Positions 1-12,522 of a DNA stretch of 37,794 nucleotides are shown one piece after another (positions within the stretch are counted from its first letter, which is position 1; each line of letters starts with the position of its first letter). A program made the translations under genes and the position numbers. The DNA comes from Chiloscyllium plagiosum (lineage: Eukaryota). The stretch covers positions 41,301,129 to 41,338,922 of the forward strand of contig NC_057719.1 in NCBI RefSeq assembly GCF_004010195.1, given 5' to 3'. Under the pieces are notes generated by a model. The model did not search any database. It worked only from the letters and a program-made list of their open reading frames with translations, and had not been told where the DNA came from.

Positions 1-410
1 AAGAACTGGTGAGCCTAGTATCTCCGGTGGGTAAGTTGTTGGAGGGGATTCTAAGAACCAGGATCTACTTGTTTACATGCATTTGAAAAGGTAAGAGATG
101 AGTCTTTGTGCGTGGAAAATTATGTCTCGCAAACTTGATTGAGATTTTTGAACAGGAGACCAAGAAGATAAATGAAGGCAGAGCAGTTAATGGATTTTAG
201 CAAGGCCTTTGACAAGGTTCCACAAGGTTCACACGGTTAAACAAGCAAGCCAATTGGTTACAAAATTGATGGTAGGAGACAGAGGTAGTAGTAGAGGGTT
301 GTTGTTCAGGCTGGAGGCTGATGACAAGCGAGGTGTGGCAAGGATCAGTGCTGGGTCCACTGTTGTTCACCTTTTATATAAACAATTTGGATGGAAATGT
401 AGGATCTAGA

Positions 411-565
411 CCAACAGGTTTATTTGAAATCACAAGCTTTCAGGTCTGACAGAGGGGCAGCACTCTGAAAGCTTGTGATTTCAAATAAACCTGTTGGGCT
501 ATAACCCTGGTGGCGTGTGACTTTTGACCTTGTCCACCCCTGTCCAACACCTGCACCTCTACATC
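411..565 (+). mobile_element. Penelope-like element terminal fragment with 33-bp perfect inverted repeat and degraded hammerhead motif
   Basis: 411-443 is the exact reverse complement of 465-497; the spacer/arm reads ctgacagaggggcagcactctgaaagctt, resembling CUGANGA-helixII-GAAA; it interrupts CR1 RT coding sequence. Confidence 0.7.
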
Positions 566-890
566 GAGATTATAGGAGACATGGTGAGTTAGTTTGTGGA
601 TGACATCAAAATTGGTGCTCGTGCCGCTTGTAAGGAAAGTTATCTAAGAGTACAATGGGATCTTGATCAACTGGGCCTAGGAATAACAGATAGGATTTAA
701 TTCAGATATATGTGAGGTAATGCGTTTGGTAAGACAAATCAGGGCAGGACTTACACAGTTAATAGTAGGGCCCTGGGGAGTGTTGTTGAACAGAGAGACC
801 TGGGGTACAGGTACATAGTACCTTGAACATGGCATTGCAAGTGAACAAGGTGGTGAAAAAGGCATTTGGCATGCTTGCCTTCCTTGGTCG

Positions 891-1066
891 ACAGCTGAAA
901 AATGTGTTGCTGGAAAAGCACAGCAGGTCAGGCAGCATCAAAGGAGCAGGAGAATCGATGTTTCGAAACGTCGATTCTCCTGCTCCTTTGATGCTGCCTG
1001 ACCTGCTGCGCTTTTCCAGCAACACATTTTTCAGCTCTGATCTCCAGCATCTGCAGTCCTCACTTT
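891..1066 (+). mobile_element. Penelope-like element terminal fragment forming a 144-bp spacerless palindrome
   Basis: 893-964 and 965-1036 are inverted with 2 mismatches; TSD ttccttggtcg at 880-890 and 1067-1077; sequence related to the 28326-28526 insert. Confidence 0.85.
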
Positions 1067-1332
1067 TTCCTTGGTCGGCACACTGAGTACAGGAATTGGG
1101 ACATTGTGTTATAGCTGTAAACCAAATTTGTAAGGCCGCTTTTGAAGTACTGTGTACAGTTCTCATAGCCCTGCTGTAGGAAGGATGCTATTAAACTGGA
1201 AAGGGTGCAAAGAAGATTTACAAGAATGTTACCAAGATTGAAAGGTTTGAGGTATAAGGGGAGGCTGCAACTTTTCTCCTTGGAGCATTGGAGGCTGGAG
1301 GGTGGCTTTATAGACATTTATATAATTATGAG

Positions 1333-1477
1333 GGTCATGACATCATGACGTGTTTTTCTGCTGACATTTTGTCATCTCGCTAAGTAACATTGTCAGTGCA
1401 TCTCTGAGGAAGCTTTGGTGGTCTGTCCTGCCTGGTAGGAATTTACAACCTGAGCTACAAATCTTTTCAAAAAACTC
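1333..1477. mobile_element. Penelope-like element fragment (third family), partly inverted
   Basis: TSD ttatgag at 1326-1332 and 1478-1484; minus strand reads ctgacaatgttac..gacaaaatgtc (decayed hammerhead-like core); ends aacctgagctacaaatcttttcaaaaaactc. Confidence 0.6.
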
Positions 1478-3109
1478 TTATGAGAGGCACAGATAAGGTG
1501 AATAGCCATGGTCTTTTCCCCAGGGTAAGGATGTTCAAAACGAGAAGGCATAAGTTTAAGGTAGAGGAGAAATATTTAAAAGGGAACTGAGGGGCAACTG
1601 TTTTCACAAAGAGGGTGATGCATATAAGGAATGCGCTGCAGAGGAAGTGGTAAAGGCGTGTATAATTGCAGCATTTAGAAGTAATTTGAACAAGAATACG
1701 GATAGGAAAGGCTTAGAGGGATATGGGCCAAATGTAGAAAAATGGGCCTGGTTCAGTTTAGGAAACCTGGTTGTCATGGATGAGCTGGGCTGAAGAGCCT
1801 GTTTCCATGATGTATGATTCTATGATATCTCTTTCAATGATGGCACCTTCTTCTTGTTGATCTCAATGACTGCAGCTCCTCTCAGCACCCCTTCCTCTAC
1901 CCATGCTCAAAACACTCACTTTCTACCTTTTCCTTCTAGACCCTCTGCATAAGTATTGCATGAGGAGGCCCCATGATCACCTCTTGTTTTATCAGTAGCC
2001 ATTTGTAATTTACTCAATCCTCCTCTATTGCAGTAGAGAGCTCCCAATGGATTTAATCTTCCTTGTCATTGAAAAAGACAATTAGTGCTAAATCATTACA
2101 TTGGCATGCACGGACAATTTCAGCAACTTTGTCCAATAACAGCCACAGAAACTGTTTTTTATCGACAGTAACGTTTATAATGCCATTAGTGGTTTCACAG
2201 CCTCCAGAGAAGCTCACAGAAAGCATCTCCTCTGGCGGGCCTCATTTACTTCAACCTGATGCTGAGATGCAAGCAGTAATTTAAATGCCATATTAGCAGA
2301 CCACATTATAGAGTGACTTGATATATTTCTATGACCATCATTAAATCTCAGAACAACGATTCTTGCTTAAATGTAAATACTGGCTGCACTGGTCGTTTAA
2401 TTCCACTGAACTGTCCTGATGGTCTGAATACATTTACCTCAGAAGAGATTTTCTGTTTATGGCCACTATTTCATTCTGTTTTGTCCTTGAAAATTCTAAA
2501 ATCTGTTTTTGCTGTATTCTGCTTTTAGTCATCTTAATCTGACGTATTGATTCTCTGAGCTGAATTTTGATGTGGGGCATAGCGATTAGGAGTGGCGACT
2601 GTTTCTGGGTCCTGGGGACAATTTGACTGGGATACCCTGTCAATTGGCATTGAGATGGGTTCCCTACCCAATTAGAATGGCTGGTGGGCCCTTGAAGCTG
2701 AGAAGTATATTAGAGCCCTTTCAGCTTCAGAGGAATAATCAAGGAGAAGTAGCTCAGAGGGTAGTTCAACATGAATATTGCCTCAAATACATATAGAATA
2801 ATGAAGGCCACCATTTCTTCCCAGTGGCTGAGCTTTATCCAGAGTTGCAGTGTGGTTTTTGCTCATCATGAATTGCCACAGACAAGATCTTCACCCTCAC
2901 CCCCCTTTTTTTAACCCGAGATAAAAGCAAGGAGCAGCAGTAACTGTAGTTTATGACCTTCCTTGATCTCACTAAAGTTTTAGACTCTGAGAACCATATG
3001 AATGCTTTTGCGGTATGCCCCATAAATATATTGCCCTCAGAAACATTTCCCTAAACTCCAGCTACCACAAAAAGACACCCAAGCTGTGATCCTGACAAAC
3101 AAAATCACC

Positions 3110-3830
3110 ACTGACCCTATCTCAGTGACGATGTAGGTCAAACAAGGTTGTGTCATCGTAACAACCTTCCTCTCCATCTTTCTAAATTTGATCTGCTACT
3201 GAACTCCAGCAAACAATCATAAGCAGAGATCATTTAAAGAGCAGGTCAGAGCAGTTCAATCTTTGCTACTTCAGTTGGAAAGCATTCTCTCCAATCTCAG
3301 GCATAGATCTTCATTGTGCAGAAACTGAGCTCCAGGTCAGTGTAAACTCCTTCTCTGAAGCATACGAGAAAACGTGCCTTTTATTAATCACTGAGAAAAG
3401 CAAGGTCCTCTTCCAACCAGCTTCCACAGTACACCTACATCCATTGTTTAAGATCAGTGTCAAAATATGGGAACATGGCTTCCTCTTGAAAAACGCAGAC
3501 ATAGATGTTGAAATTTATCATCACAGATAATATGTCAGCTCAGCTATCAACCAACTGCAGAAAGGTTGGATATATAATGAGACCAATATCTGAATATTGA
3601 GAAGGTCATGGATTATTGGGAATTGACCGCATGCGCATATATGCTTTGGAGACTTGGAGAAATTGCAGTCAATATCGTAAAGCACTCGCAAAGTACCAAC
3701 AGTGGTGCTTTCATGAAATCCTCAAATGCTGTGGCAGGTAAGGCAGTACAACTGTAGCATCCTCTCCCATCCCCAATATGTCAAATATCTCCAGTCACTC
3801 ATGGAAGCCCCTGACTCGTGATCAACCAAA
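3110..3830 (+). mobile_element. Old RTE-clade LINE RT fragment
   Basis: gtcaaacaaggttgtgtcatc encodes VKQGCVI (RTE GVKQGC motif); downstream YALETW...KALAKYQQWCFHEIL-like remnants. Confidence 0.7.
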
Positions 3831-4169
3831 ATGAAGAAAATACTCATTTCTAAACTTTGCATCAGGAAACAAGAGACTGATTAGATATTCACAATTTCAT
3901 TTAATTGTTTTAACAAGGCTCTTAATGAGCCTAATTAGCTCACCTTGCAGGGTGTAGGCAACTGCTGCATTTAAAGGTTTAAATACAGGGAGGAATCGTT
4001 TACAATTGTTATTTTCAGGCATTATATCCAAACTTGTTGAAGGTTAATAGAATCAATCCAGGATTATTTCTTTATAAGAACGTAACTATGTGCAAACAGT
4101 CCTAGCATACTTGACATCTTACTTAGCTAACAACAAAGGCTAATTTGAAGCTACAGATTGTGATTTAGC

Positions 4170-4290
4170 AGCAGGTGGACTGTGATGGTTCAAGAAGGCA
4201 GTTCACCACCACCACCTCAAGGGCAACTAGAGATGGGTAATAAATGCTGGGCAGCAAGGGATACCCATACTCTGCAAAATGAATAGAACA
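4170..4290 (+). mobile_element. 3' tail of a common elasmobranch LINE/SINE
   Basis: ggttcaagaaggcagttcaccaccacctcaagggcaactagagatgggtaataaatgctgg matches a recurrent shark non-LTR 3' end (recalled). Confidence 0.55.
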
Positions 4291-5904
4291 AAATTGTTTG
4301 GGAAAATTTGAGTTTTGAATCACTGATATCGAAAATAAACCTTTGATCCACTTTGGGAGTTGATACCCTGTAGAAATAGTGTAACTGATAGAGACATTTC
4401 CTGGACAGCAACCTCTTCACTTAGCTTATTAACAACATACTTCCAACTGAGCTATTCAAAAGGGCATTGGACTACTAATTGCATAGAAATAATGTACAAG
4501 TATATGAGGAAAAAGACCCCATCTTGCACCCCTAGAGGATTGGCACTTGGTAATGATGCTCATTTGAAGGGCCAATGCAAACACAATGGGCCAAATAAAC
4601 TCCTTCTGTACCGTAACACTTCTGTGATTCTATGCAGATTAGCTATTCTAAATAAAACTCCAATGCCCTGGGGAATGTCCTTATTTTAATCATGAATAAT
4701 AAATCTAGTTCAGAAGGTACTCGCCCACGACACTTAGCTGCTACCTTTGTGACTGGCAGAAACTCAATGTTTATTCACATGCATCCCTCCTCATAAGAAC
4801 ACATTACGTCAATTTTGGTATTCCCAAAGCACTGGAATCACATTCCATCTGATATCCACAAGGAATAAAATGGGAAATTCATTAAAACATCCATGATAAT
4901 TCCGGACCACAAGTACTAAAAACAACCCAAATAAAGAAAAGAAAATAGCAAACTATTATTTTAAGCATTTATTTGAATCAATGCAATCGCATCTGTTATC
5001 TGATCAAGTGATGACAGTGGTGCAACTCTATTAGAAAACAGGACACAGCTGATAAAATAGACAGCTGTTGGTAAAGGAAAAATAGCTGGCTGCATGTTTG
5101 CATTATACACCTCTCCTCTCCGTTCTCCTGCATAGTATCAAACTGGACACAGTGATTGACGCACAGCCCTGGCAAAGGTCATCCTGTGAAACAGGGCGGC
5201 TTTTAGACGCATAATCTGTGTTCAGAATGGAATATTTTCCATACAAAATGTGATTATTATTGTTAGAGGGTGTTTCAATCATTTAGAACAAATGATTTGA
5301 GGTCTGGAACTGGGTTGTGCTTGGAGGTTTGAGATTTGAAGTGATGGGTTATAATCAGTGGATGGGAAGTTAGAAACAAGGATTGAAACTGGAAAATTGA
5401 AAAAGGAAATTTGAACCTATAAATACAATTTTGCTCAAAGAAAATATTTTCGCAAGTAATGTTTTCGACCTTCCTAAAACATCCTTTTTATCCACAAAAA
5501 TAGCATTGTGACCACCATTTTAACATGTTTAAATTATTCCATTTTATTTTTGTGGAGTTTTAAAAGTAATATTAAATGTAGAGGGCTTTTCTAATAATTC
5601 CATAAATAGACAGCAATCTTTCTACAATGCAATCTGAACAATTTACTAACATCTGTCTTTCATTCCTTTAGGCAGTTTCTATAATGAGATGACTTCCTAA
5701 CGCTAGTTTTATTTGTGCACAGTCATATATCCATTCATACACACACACAGACAGTCACAGAGTCTGTCACAGCACCTGTTGCACCAGCTTAAATCTGTCT
5801 CTCACATAGTCCTCAGAATGGGCTCAGGAGATTAACCCTGTCTTTAGCTACCACCACTGGGTCACCTACAAGTTATTTCTAAACAGCATGGCGTAAATTA
5901 TCTG

Positions 5905-6485
5905 ACACTGCAGTCATGTTATACTTAGCAATAGAAATCTCCGTGTTTCCATATGATTTGGACACTTGGACAACTTATGGCAGGTACCTTAAAGCACGAG
6001 CAAAGTACCTCCAGTGGTGCTTTCACAAGATGCTCCACATCCAATGCCAAGAAAGGCAGTCCAAAAGCAGATCTGCTGGACAGATCATCATCGGCCTGGC
6101 ACTTGTTCTACTAGGAAATCCATCAGGGTAGAAGACTCCCAAGGGGAGAGCAGAACTGTTTTTGAGCTATCCTCAAAGCTTTGTTGAAGACTTTAAACAT
6201 TCCCACCAACTCAGAGGAATCATTGGCTTTTGACAGTCTAAAGTGGAACAAGTTAATTTAAGAAGATGCCATGCACATTGAAAGAACTCATTGGGAGTAT
6301 GTAGGGACAAAGTTGAGGAAAATGCTCACAAACTTCCAAGCAACTCATCTACCAAACACTTCAAGCACCACCAGCCCTGTAAGTGGCAGAGTGGCAGATT
6401 GTACATGGATTTATCAGCCATCTCAGAGCACATCAAACTGGGGTGGGGCATGTTATCCTCAATTCTGAAAAATAGCCGAAGAGGA
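5905..6485 (+). mobile_element. RTE-clade LINE 3' fragment
   Basis: ORF 5916-6131 (YDLDTWTTYGRYLKARAKYLQWCFHKML) resembles RTE YGSETWTTY.RHLK.LE.YHQ.CLRKIL; C-terminal C2H2-like remnant (GFISHLRAH) at ~6375-6435. Confidence 0.8.
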
Positions 6486-6502
6486 GCCTGTGATGACATT
6501 AT

Positions 6503-8135
6503 GTAAGAAAGGTGGTAAGAAAAAGTCAGGGAACTGTAGACTGGTCGCCTGACGTTAGTGGTGGGAAAGTTGTTGGAAGAGATTCTGTGGGCTAGGATTT
6601 ACATGTATTTGGAAAGGCACGGGCTGATTAGAGATAGTCAACATGGCTTTGTGTGTGGGAAATTGTGTCTAATTAACTTGGTGGAGTTTTTTGAAGAAGT
6701 GAAGCAGGAGATTGAGGAAGGCAGATGTTGTTTATATAGACTTCAGCAAGGCATTCAACAAGGTTCTGCATAGTACACTGGTTGGCAAGGATCACATGGG
6801 ATACAGGGAGAGCTAGCCATTTGGATACAAAATTGGTTGAAGATAGGAGACAGAGGGTGATGGTGGAGGGTTGCTTTTCAGACTGGAGGCAGTGACAAGC
6901 AGTGTGCCACATGGATCAGTGTTGAATCCACTGCTTTTTGTTATTTATATATAGAACATAGAACAGTACAGCACAGAACAGGCCCTTCAGCCCACGATGT
7001 TGTGCTGACCACTGATCCTCATGTATGCACCCTCAAATTTGTGTGACCATATGCATGTCCAGTAGTCTCTTAAATGTCCCCAATGACCTTGCTTCCACAA
7101 CTGCTGCTGGCAATGCATTCCATGCTCTCACAACTGTCTGTGTAAAGAACCCACCTCTATAAATGATTTGAATATGAATATAGCAAGTATGGTTTATAAG
7201 TTTACAGATGACACCAAAATTAGAGGTACAATGGACAGTGAAGAAGGTTACCTCAGAGTACAATGGCACCCAAATCAGATGAGCAAATGTGCCGAGGAGT
7301 GGCAGAAGGTGTTTAATTTAGGTAAATGTGAGGTGCTGCATTTTGGTAAGGCAAATCAGGGCAAGACTTATATGCTTAATGAAAAAGACCAAGGCAGTGT
7401 TGCTGAACAAAGAGACCATGGGATACAGGTTCATAGTTCCTTGAAAGTGGAGTTGCAGGTCGATAGGGTAGTGAAGAAGACGTTTCGTACACTTGCATTT
7501 ATTAGTCAGTGCATTGAAAACAGGAATTGGGTTGTCATATTGTGGTTGTACAGGATATTGAATAGGCCATTTTTGGAATACTGCATGCAACTCTGGTGTC
7601 CTCGCTATAGGAAAGATATTGTGAAGCTTGAAAGGGTTCAGAAAAGATATACAAGGATGTTGCCAAGCTTGGAGGGTTTGAGCTATAGGGAGAGGCTGAA
7701 TAGGCTGGGACTATTTTCCTTGGAGCACCGAAGGATGAGGTATGACCTTATAGAGGTTTATAAAATCATGAGAGACATGGATAGGGTGAATAATCAAGAT
7801 CTTCTCCCCAGGGTGAGGGAGTCCAAAACTAGAGGATATTGGTTTAAAGTGGGAGGGGAAAGATTTAAACGGGTCCTAACGGGCAACGGTTTCATGCAGA
7901 AGGTGATGCACATATAGAATAAGCTGCCAGAAGAAGTGGTGGAGGCTGGTTCAGTAACAACATTTAAAAGGCATTTGGATGGTATATGAATAGGAAGGGT
8001 TTGGAGGGTTATGGGCCAAATGCTGGCAAGTGGGACTTAAATCATGTAGAATATCTGGTCGGCACGAACAAGTTGGACCGAAGGGATGTTCCTGTGCTGT
8101 ACACCTGTATGACTCTATGACTTTATGACTCTAAG
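6503..8135 (+). mobile_element. 5'-truncated CR1-clade LINE (ORF2 RT to 3' tail)
   Basis: ORFs 6558-6773 (DSQHGFV.GK.CL.NL.EFFEEV) and 7168-7917 (KFTDDTK, KCEVLHFG, LERVQKRYTRMLP); (tatgactc)n tail at 8108-8133. Confidence 0.95.
6951..7157 (-). mobile_element. CR1/HER1 3'-end fragment nested antisense within CR1
   Basis: Minus strand encodes GFFTQTVVRAWNALPAAVVEARSLGTFKRLLD and ends in a (ttctatg)n tail; host CR1 resumes at ~7158. Confidence 0.85.
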
Positions 8136-11059
8136 ATTTACTATGGTTACAGAAGTACTAACAAGTTAATAATTAACTTGAATTAAACAGAAAGACCCAC
8201 CAAATAATATCTTAAAACTCGACCTAGACTCACTATAAATATCTTTTTAAAAATGCATAAATTCTATAATTTACATCACAAAAGGGCACAGTCAAATTAA
8301 CCAAATCTCCAGTTTTCCAAATTGTTTTTGATTATTTTGGCATCTTGGTTTCCAGAGCACTTACGTTTAGAAAGCATATTGTATTGCTTGTTTTATTTTT
8401 GTTGTCCCTGAACCATTACTGACACCAATAAATTTCAATAGCTATCTTATTAAAGACCATTAACTAAGGTGTTGGAAAATATTGAAGACCTGTGGAGGGA
8501 TATTAGGTAGTGTCAGGCTGTACTACACTGAGAGGTGTTTTGTGTCCATCTGTTCAGACCATCTGCAATTCACAAGGCCAGACCTTTCTTTGGTAGATAA
8601 TTTTACCTTCCCTTCTAATGACTTATTTATGCAAAATACAACCGACTATTTATTTGGCAAACTGATAGAGAAATTCGTAATTTTTCAACTTGAATAACAC
8701 ATTGGTTACTTGCCTCCCTCATTGAGGTGGATCCCACTTCACTTACAGTGACCCACTTGCTCTCACTTGACATTCTTCTCTTATGTCAGGCCAAGCTCAG
8801 GAAATCTCCCATTTTGAGAGTTCCATCACCAGTTACATTTATCTACCATCCATGGAGAAGCTGGAAGCACCACTGCTAAGGACTATTCCCTCTCATAACA
8901 TTCTCCAACTCCAGCTCTCTTTTCTCCTTTAAGACCACCCCTGAAATCTAAATTTTAATATTTATTTCCTTGTCTTAGTTTGCAATTTTTAGCAATGCCA
9001 CTGTGGAACGTTTTATGAAGATCTTCAGCACTAAACAGTCTGAACACAAGTTGATCACACTAAGGGCAAGAAGAGGCCAAAAAAGTTTTTTGTTTAGCTG
9101 TCGATGTTCAATTCACACAGTAACTTTCCATTGAAAATAAGATTAGGAACATAATAACTAAGATTTATTCATTGTTAATAAATATATTTGAATATTTCCT
9201 GAATAAAACTTCAAGTTTCTAGTAAATATTTATTAAATAGAGGTTATGCTTTGTGAAATTAAAGCTAAATGCATTTGAAATTAACATTAATTATCACAAA
9301 CACAAATGTAAAATGTTCCACAAACCACTGCAATTGATCAGTAGTAAAATTACTAATTGATTATTTAAGAATGGTAATCTGATACAATTTTATTTAAGCA
9401 GCTGAAAATTCCTCAAAGGAAGTATTGTCAATTTCTTTTCAAGGATTATTTCCAGTCCTCTGGTGAGCAACTTGATTTGAAATCAGTGAACGATATTTAA
9501 AAATAGACAAGCAAAACTATTTACTAGTTTTATTATTGCAAACTAGTCAATTTATTAGTAACTTAGATAGATTTTCATATGAAAAGAAGATTAAAATGTG
9601 CCTTCAAGTACCTGTTTAGTGAAGAAATGAATAGAATGTGAAAACCCTCCTGGAACCAAATGCAATTTCTACTTGGTAGTGTGGCCAGTTTAGTGGGAGT
9701 GTGGCCTGTTATGACAAACTGAATTTTGAGCTAGTAAGAAAATACAGAAAACAGATGGTTTTGATGTAACTCAGTTCCATTTCAAATGCTCTAACCTTTT
9801 GCGTTGGTTCAGAGGTTTCTACCAGGTTTGCACCAATGTTGTTAAGATAAATATTTTTAAATGCAACCTTGTTTTATCTGTAAAATATCACCTACCATTA
9901 CTATTTCTTGCATTTAATGTTAACTGATCTTTCATATTTTGTTGTGGAGTGAAATTAAAGTGTTGTAAGCATAGCTAACATTAATATTTGATTAGAGCAC
10001 ATCACTGACTTCACAGATAATTTCAGCCATAATTTTCCCAGATGCTTGGAATTAACTTACATTCGTGTGAGAGACCCCAAATGTCAGTTGCCTATTCTAA
10101 ACCACTGCTACCTCAAAGGGAAGAGGATGGAGCTATCTCAATATTGATATGGGAGTTCTGGCCAAAGGGCCACGTTCAGAGGAGGCAAATAAGTAGCTTT
10201 AATATTGGCAATGAACAAAGTATGTCAGGTAATAATTACTCAGAGAACAATGCTGCTGTCCTGCTAGCACATTACATATGTACTTTACGACAAAAAGAAA
10301 ACATTAGCTGCACTAGGTCATCTGTCTTCCTTTGCACACAGTTCTGAAATTTTATATTGGCACAGTCCACCGGTGATTGATGCTTCTACCACCTGAATGA
10401 ATTCCGTGCACCTGCAGCCTAGCCTTTTGGGTAGATGGGTTGATTGAAAAATACCTAAGAAACAATCATTCAAGCACTTAAATAAAACATCCCTCTGTAC
10501 TTTGAATGTGGGTCATTATATGTATTTATTATCTACACAATGCATTTTAACAAGGGGACATTTACAAATTTTATTAACTATAAATAAAATGCTAATAACA
10601 TGATTATTGCAAGTAAGGTGAAAGGTTTTAAAGCCATTATGGGTGTTGTTGATAACAACTATAACAAGATTGAAAATTTAACTCCAATTTTCTGTCAAAG
10701 GTAGACATTAAGTGTTCCCCGTACCTTAATTTTAATTGCGTTCATTGAATAAATATGATAAATTTCCAACCTGAGACTTATCTGAGCAAATAGATAGAAT
10801 TGCCACAACATAAAATAATCTTCTGAACATTGCCAAGAAAATGTTACGACTTCAAGTCCCTGTTTCTGGTTTTAAGCACGGGTGCTGGGGAAGGCTGCAT
10901 TGTCTGAGAGAGTTTATCTGGTATTTGAATGAAATGTTAATCTGATGATCCACCTGTCTGCGAAAGTGAATATTGAAGATCCAATTATGCTGCACAAAAC
11001 ATGCAAATGTTTTCTATAGGTTTATTATCTATCATTCCTCTCTTAAACAACATAAAAAA

Positions 11060-11160
11060 ACAGAATCTACTAATTATTTCTTTCCAAAGATGTTGTGAAT
11101 CTGCTAAATACTGGCAGCATTTTTATCTCAGACTTCTGGCATCCACCGTATTTTGCATTT
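11060..11160 (+). mobile_element. Very old Penelope-like 3' terminal remnant
   Basis: agatgttgtgaatctgctaaatactggcagcattttt..cagacttctggcatccaccgtattttgc resembles the gatgctgcctgacctgctg..ccagcatctgcagt terminus at 990-1060 and 28444-28515. Confidence 0.45.
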
Positions 11161-11452
11161 GTACTAAGTGGTCATGCATTATATTTATGATGGTTGAGAC
11201 TTTGCTCTGTATAAAGCACTGCCCCATTTGCTGACCGAACAATAGATACTGCACTTTGGAGTGATAAATTATCTGTGAAGTGCCTTATGATGATTTTGAG
11301 AGCTGTGGTAATGTGTGATTTAAATGCAAATCCTTTTCCTTTTCTTATTCTGATAAGGTTCATTATTTATTTTTCTGCCCGCAACTTGAAATCTGTAGCT
11401 TCTTTCCTACTTTGCTGTGCAGGGTTCCAATTTCTTAACCAGGTGCTTCTAC

Positions 11453-11855
11453 AAAAGAACAAATTCTTTATATCTAATATCAGGACCTCAGGAGTTCCTT
11501 CGCAACCAACAATATACCTTAAAAACTGCTGCTACTGTATTACAAGAAAATAAAGAAGTCCACCAGCATGCATGTAGCAAGAATACATGAATGGTGATGA
11601 AATAAATAACGGGAAGTCTATTTTAGTGATGCTGTTTGAGCGATGTATGTTGACTAGACAACTGGGGGATATTCCCTGTTCTTCTTTGGGCTGTATCAAG
11701 GGACTTTTTACATCGACCAGAAGGAGCAGACTGGGTCTTGTGTAATGTTTCAATCACGCTGAAATGCTAGCATAGGTTACATACTCGCATCCCTGTAGTA
11801 AGGATTGTCAAACGGCTTTCTAACTCTAGGGTAAGAGGCCTAACACTGAGCCATA
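11453..11855 (-). mobile_element. SacSINE1/Deu-domain SINE, decayed
   Basis: Reverse complement begins tggctcagtgttagg (A-box-like head), followed by a Deu-like core gatgtaaaaagtccc..aagaagaacagggaatatcccccag. Confidence 0.65.
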
Positions 11856-12119
11856 GACTGAAACAGTTATAAAACTCTTAGGTCTGTGAACATGCTTCTC
11901 TGAAAAACCTATTTTATACATTTGGCAGCAAGAGCAGTTCTGCAGTTGCTGATTCCCACCTGAGGGATCCATTTGCCATACTCAGCCATTTTTCAAAAGA
12001 TGCTGGCCAAACTACCTTAAATGACAAAGGAAAAAATGTCAAACACTAATGACCCAACTTAACAACTGACATTTTTTAAAGATAAATGTTAGAGCTGAAT
12101 ACAGGCTTCTTCTTAAAAG

Positions 12120-12395
12120 CACTAACTTGGTGCTGACTCTTAGTTCTAGGTCAAATGGTTGGAAGTTGAAGTTTGACTTCAGGAATTGAATGAACAATCT
12201 ATGTTGTTGTTTCACTGTGTGAATGAGAGAGTGCTTCACTCTCTTTCAGATAAGACATCAAACTGAGGACCTGTTCAGCTGGATTAGAAAGTCTGCTGGC
12301 ACTGTTTGAAGAAAAGCAATAGAGTTCCTCAGATGGCCTGATCCATATCTATCTCTCAAAAGATGCAATCAAAACCAGATAAGTGGACATAGATA
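12120..12395 (+). mobile_element. SacSINE1/Deu-domain SINE, decayed
   Basis: ctttcagataagacatcaaactgaggacc..tggcactgtttgaagaaaagcaatagagttc matches the recalled Deu core. Confidence 0.6.
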
Positions 12396-12420
12396 TTACT
12401 TTCCTGCCTACCTAACTTTC

Positions 12421-12522
12421 AAGGAAAGAACTTGTATATATTATTGTTCACATCGTTGCATTTTAGCCAAGTAATTGAACTTAGATTGTAAGTGCAACTG
12501 CAAATTGTAATTACTTTCCAAC
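12421..12522 (-). mobile_element. 3' part of a SacSINE1-like SINE interrupted by the ERV
   Basis: aaggaaagaacttgtatatat..tttagccaag..ttgtaagtg..ttgtaat follows the reverse-complement SINE 3' end and continues after the provirus at 19697. Confidence 0.5.

Larger units (their letters stand above)
1..1826 (+). mobile_element. Decayed CR1-clade (HER1-like) LINE: ORF2 RT region to 3' end, interrupted by three Penelope-like insertions
   Basis: Frameshifted CR1 RT motifs ([56 protein letters not shown]) and a CR1 3' UTR ending in a tatgattc-type tail at ~1813-1826. Confidence 0.9.

Noticed and set aside
759..1166. Mirror-image ORFs on both strands (759-1166 minus, 823-1086 plus)
   Set aside because: Artefact of the Penelope-like palindrome inside a CR1.
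5040..5095. Muscle enhancer (two CAGCTG E-boxes flanking an AT-rich site)
   Set aside because: The AT-rich sites do not fit the MEF2 consensus, and short motifs are expected by chance.
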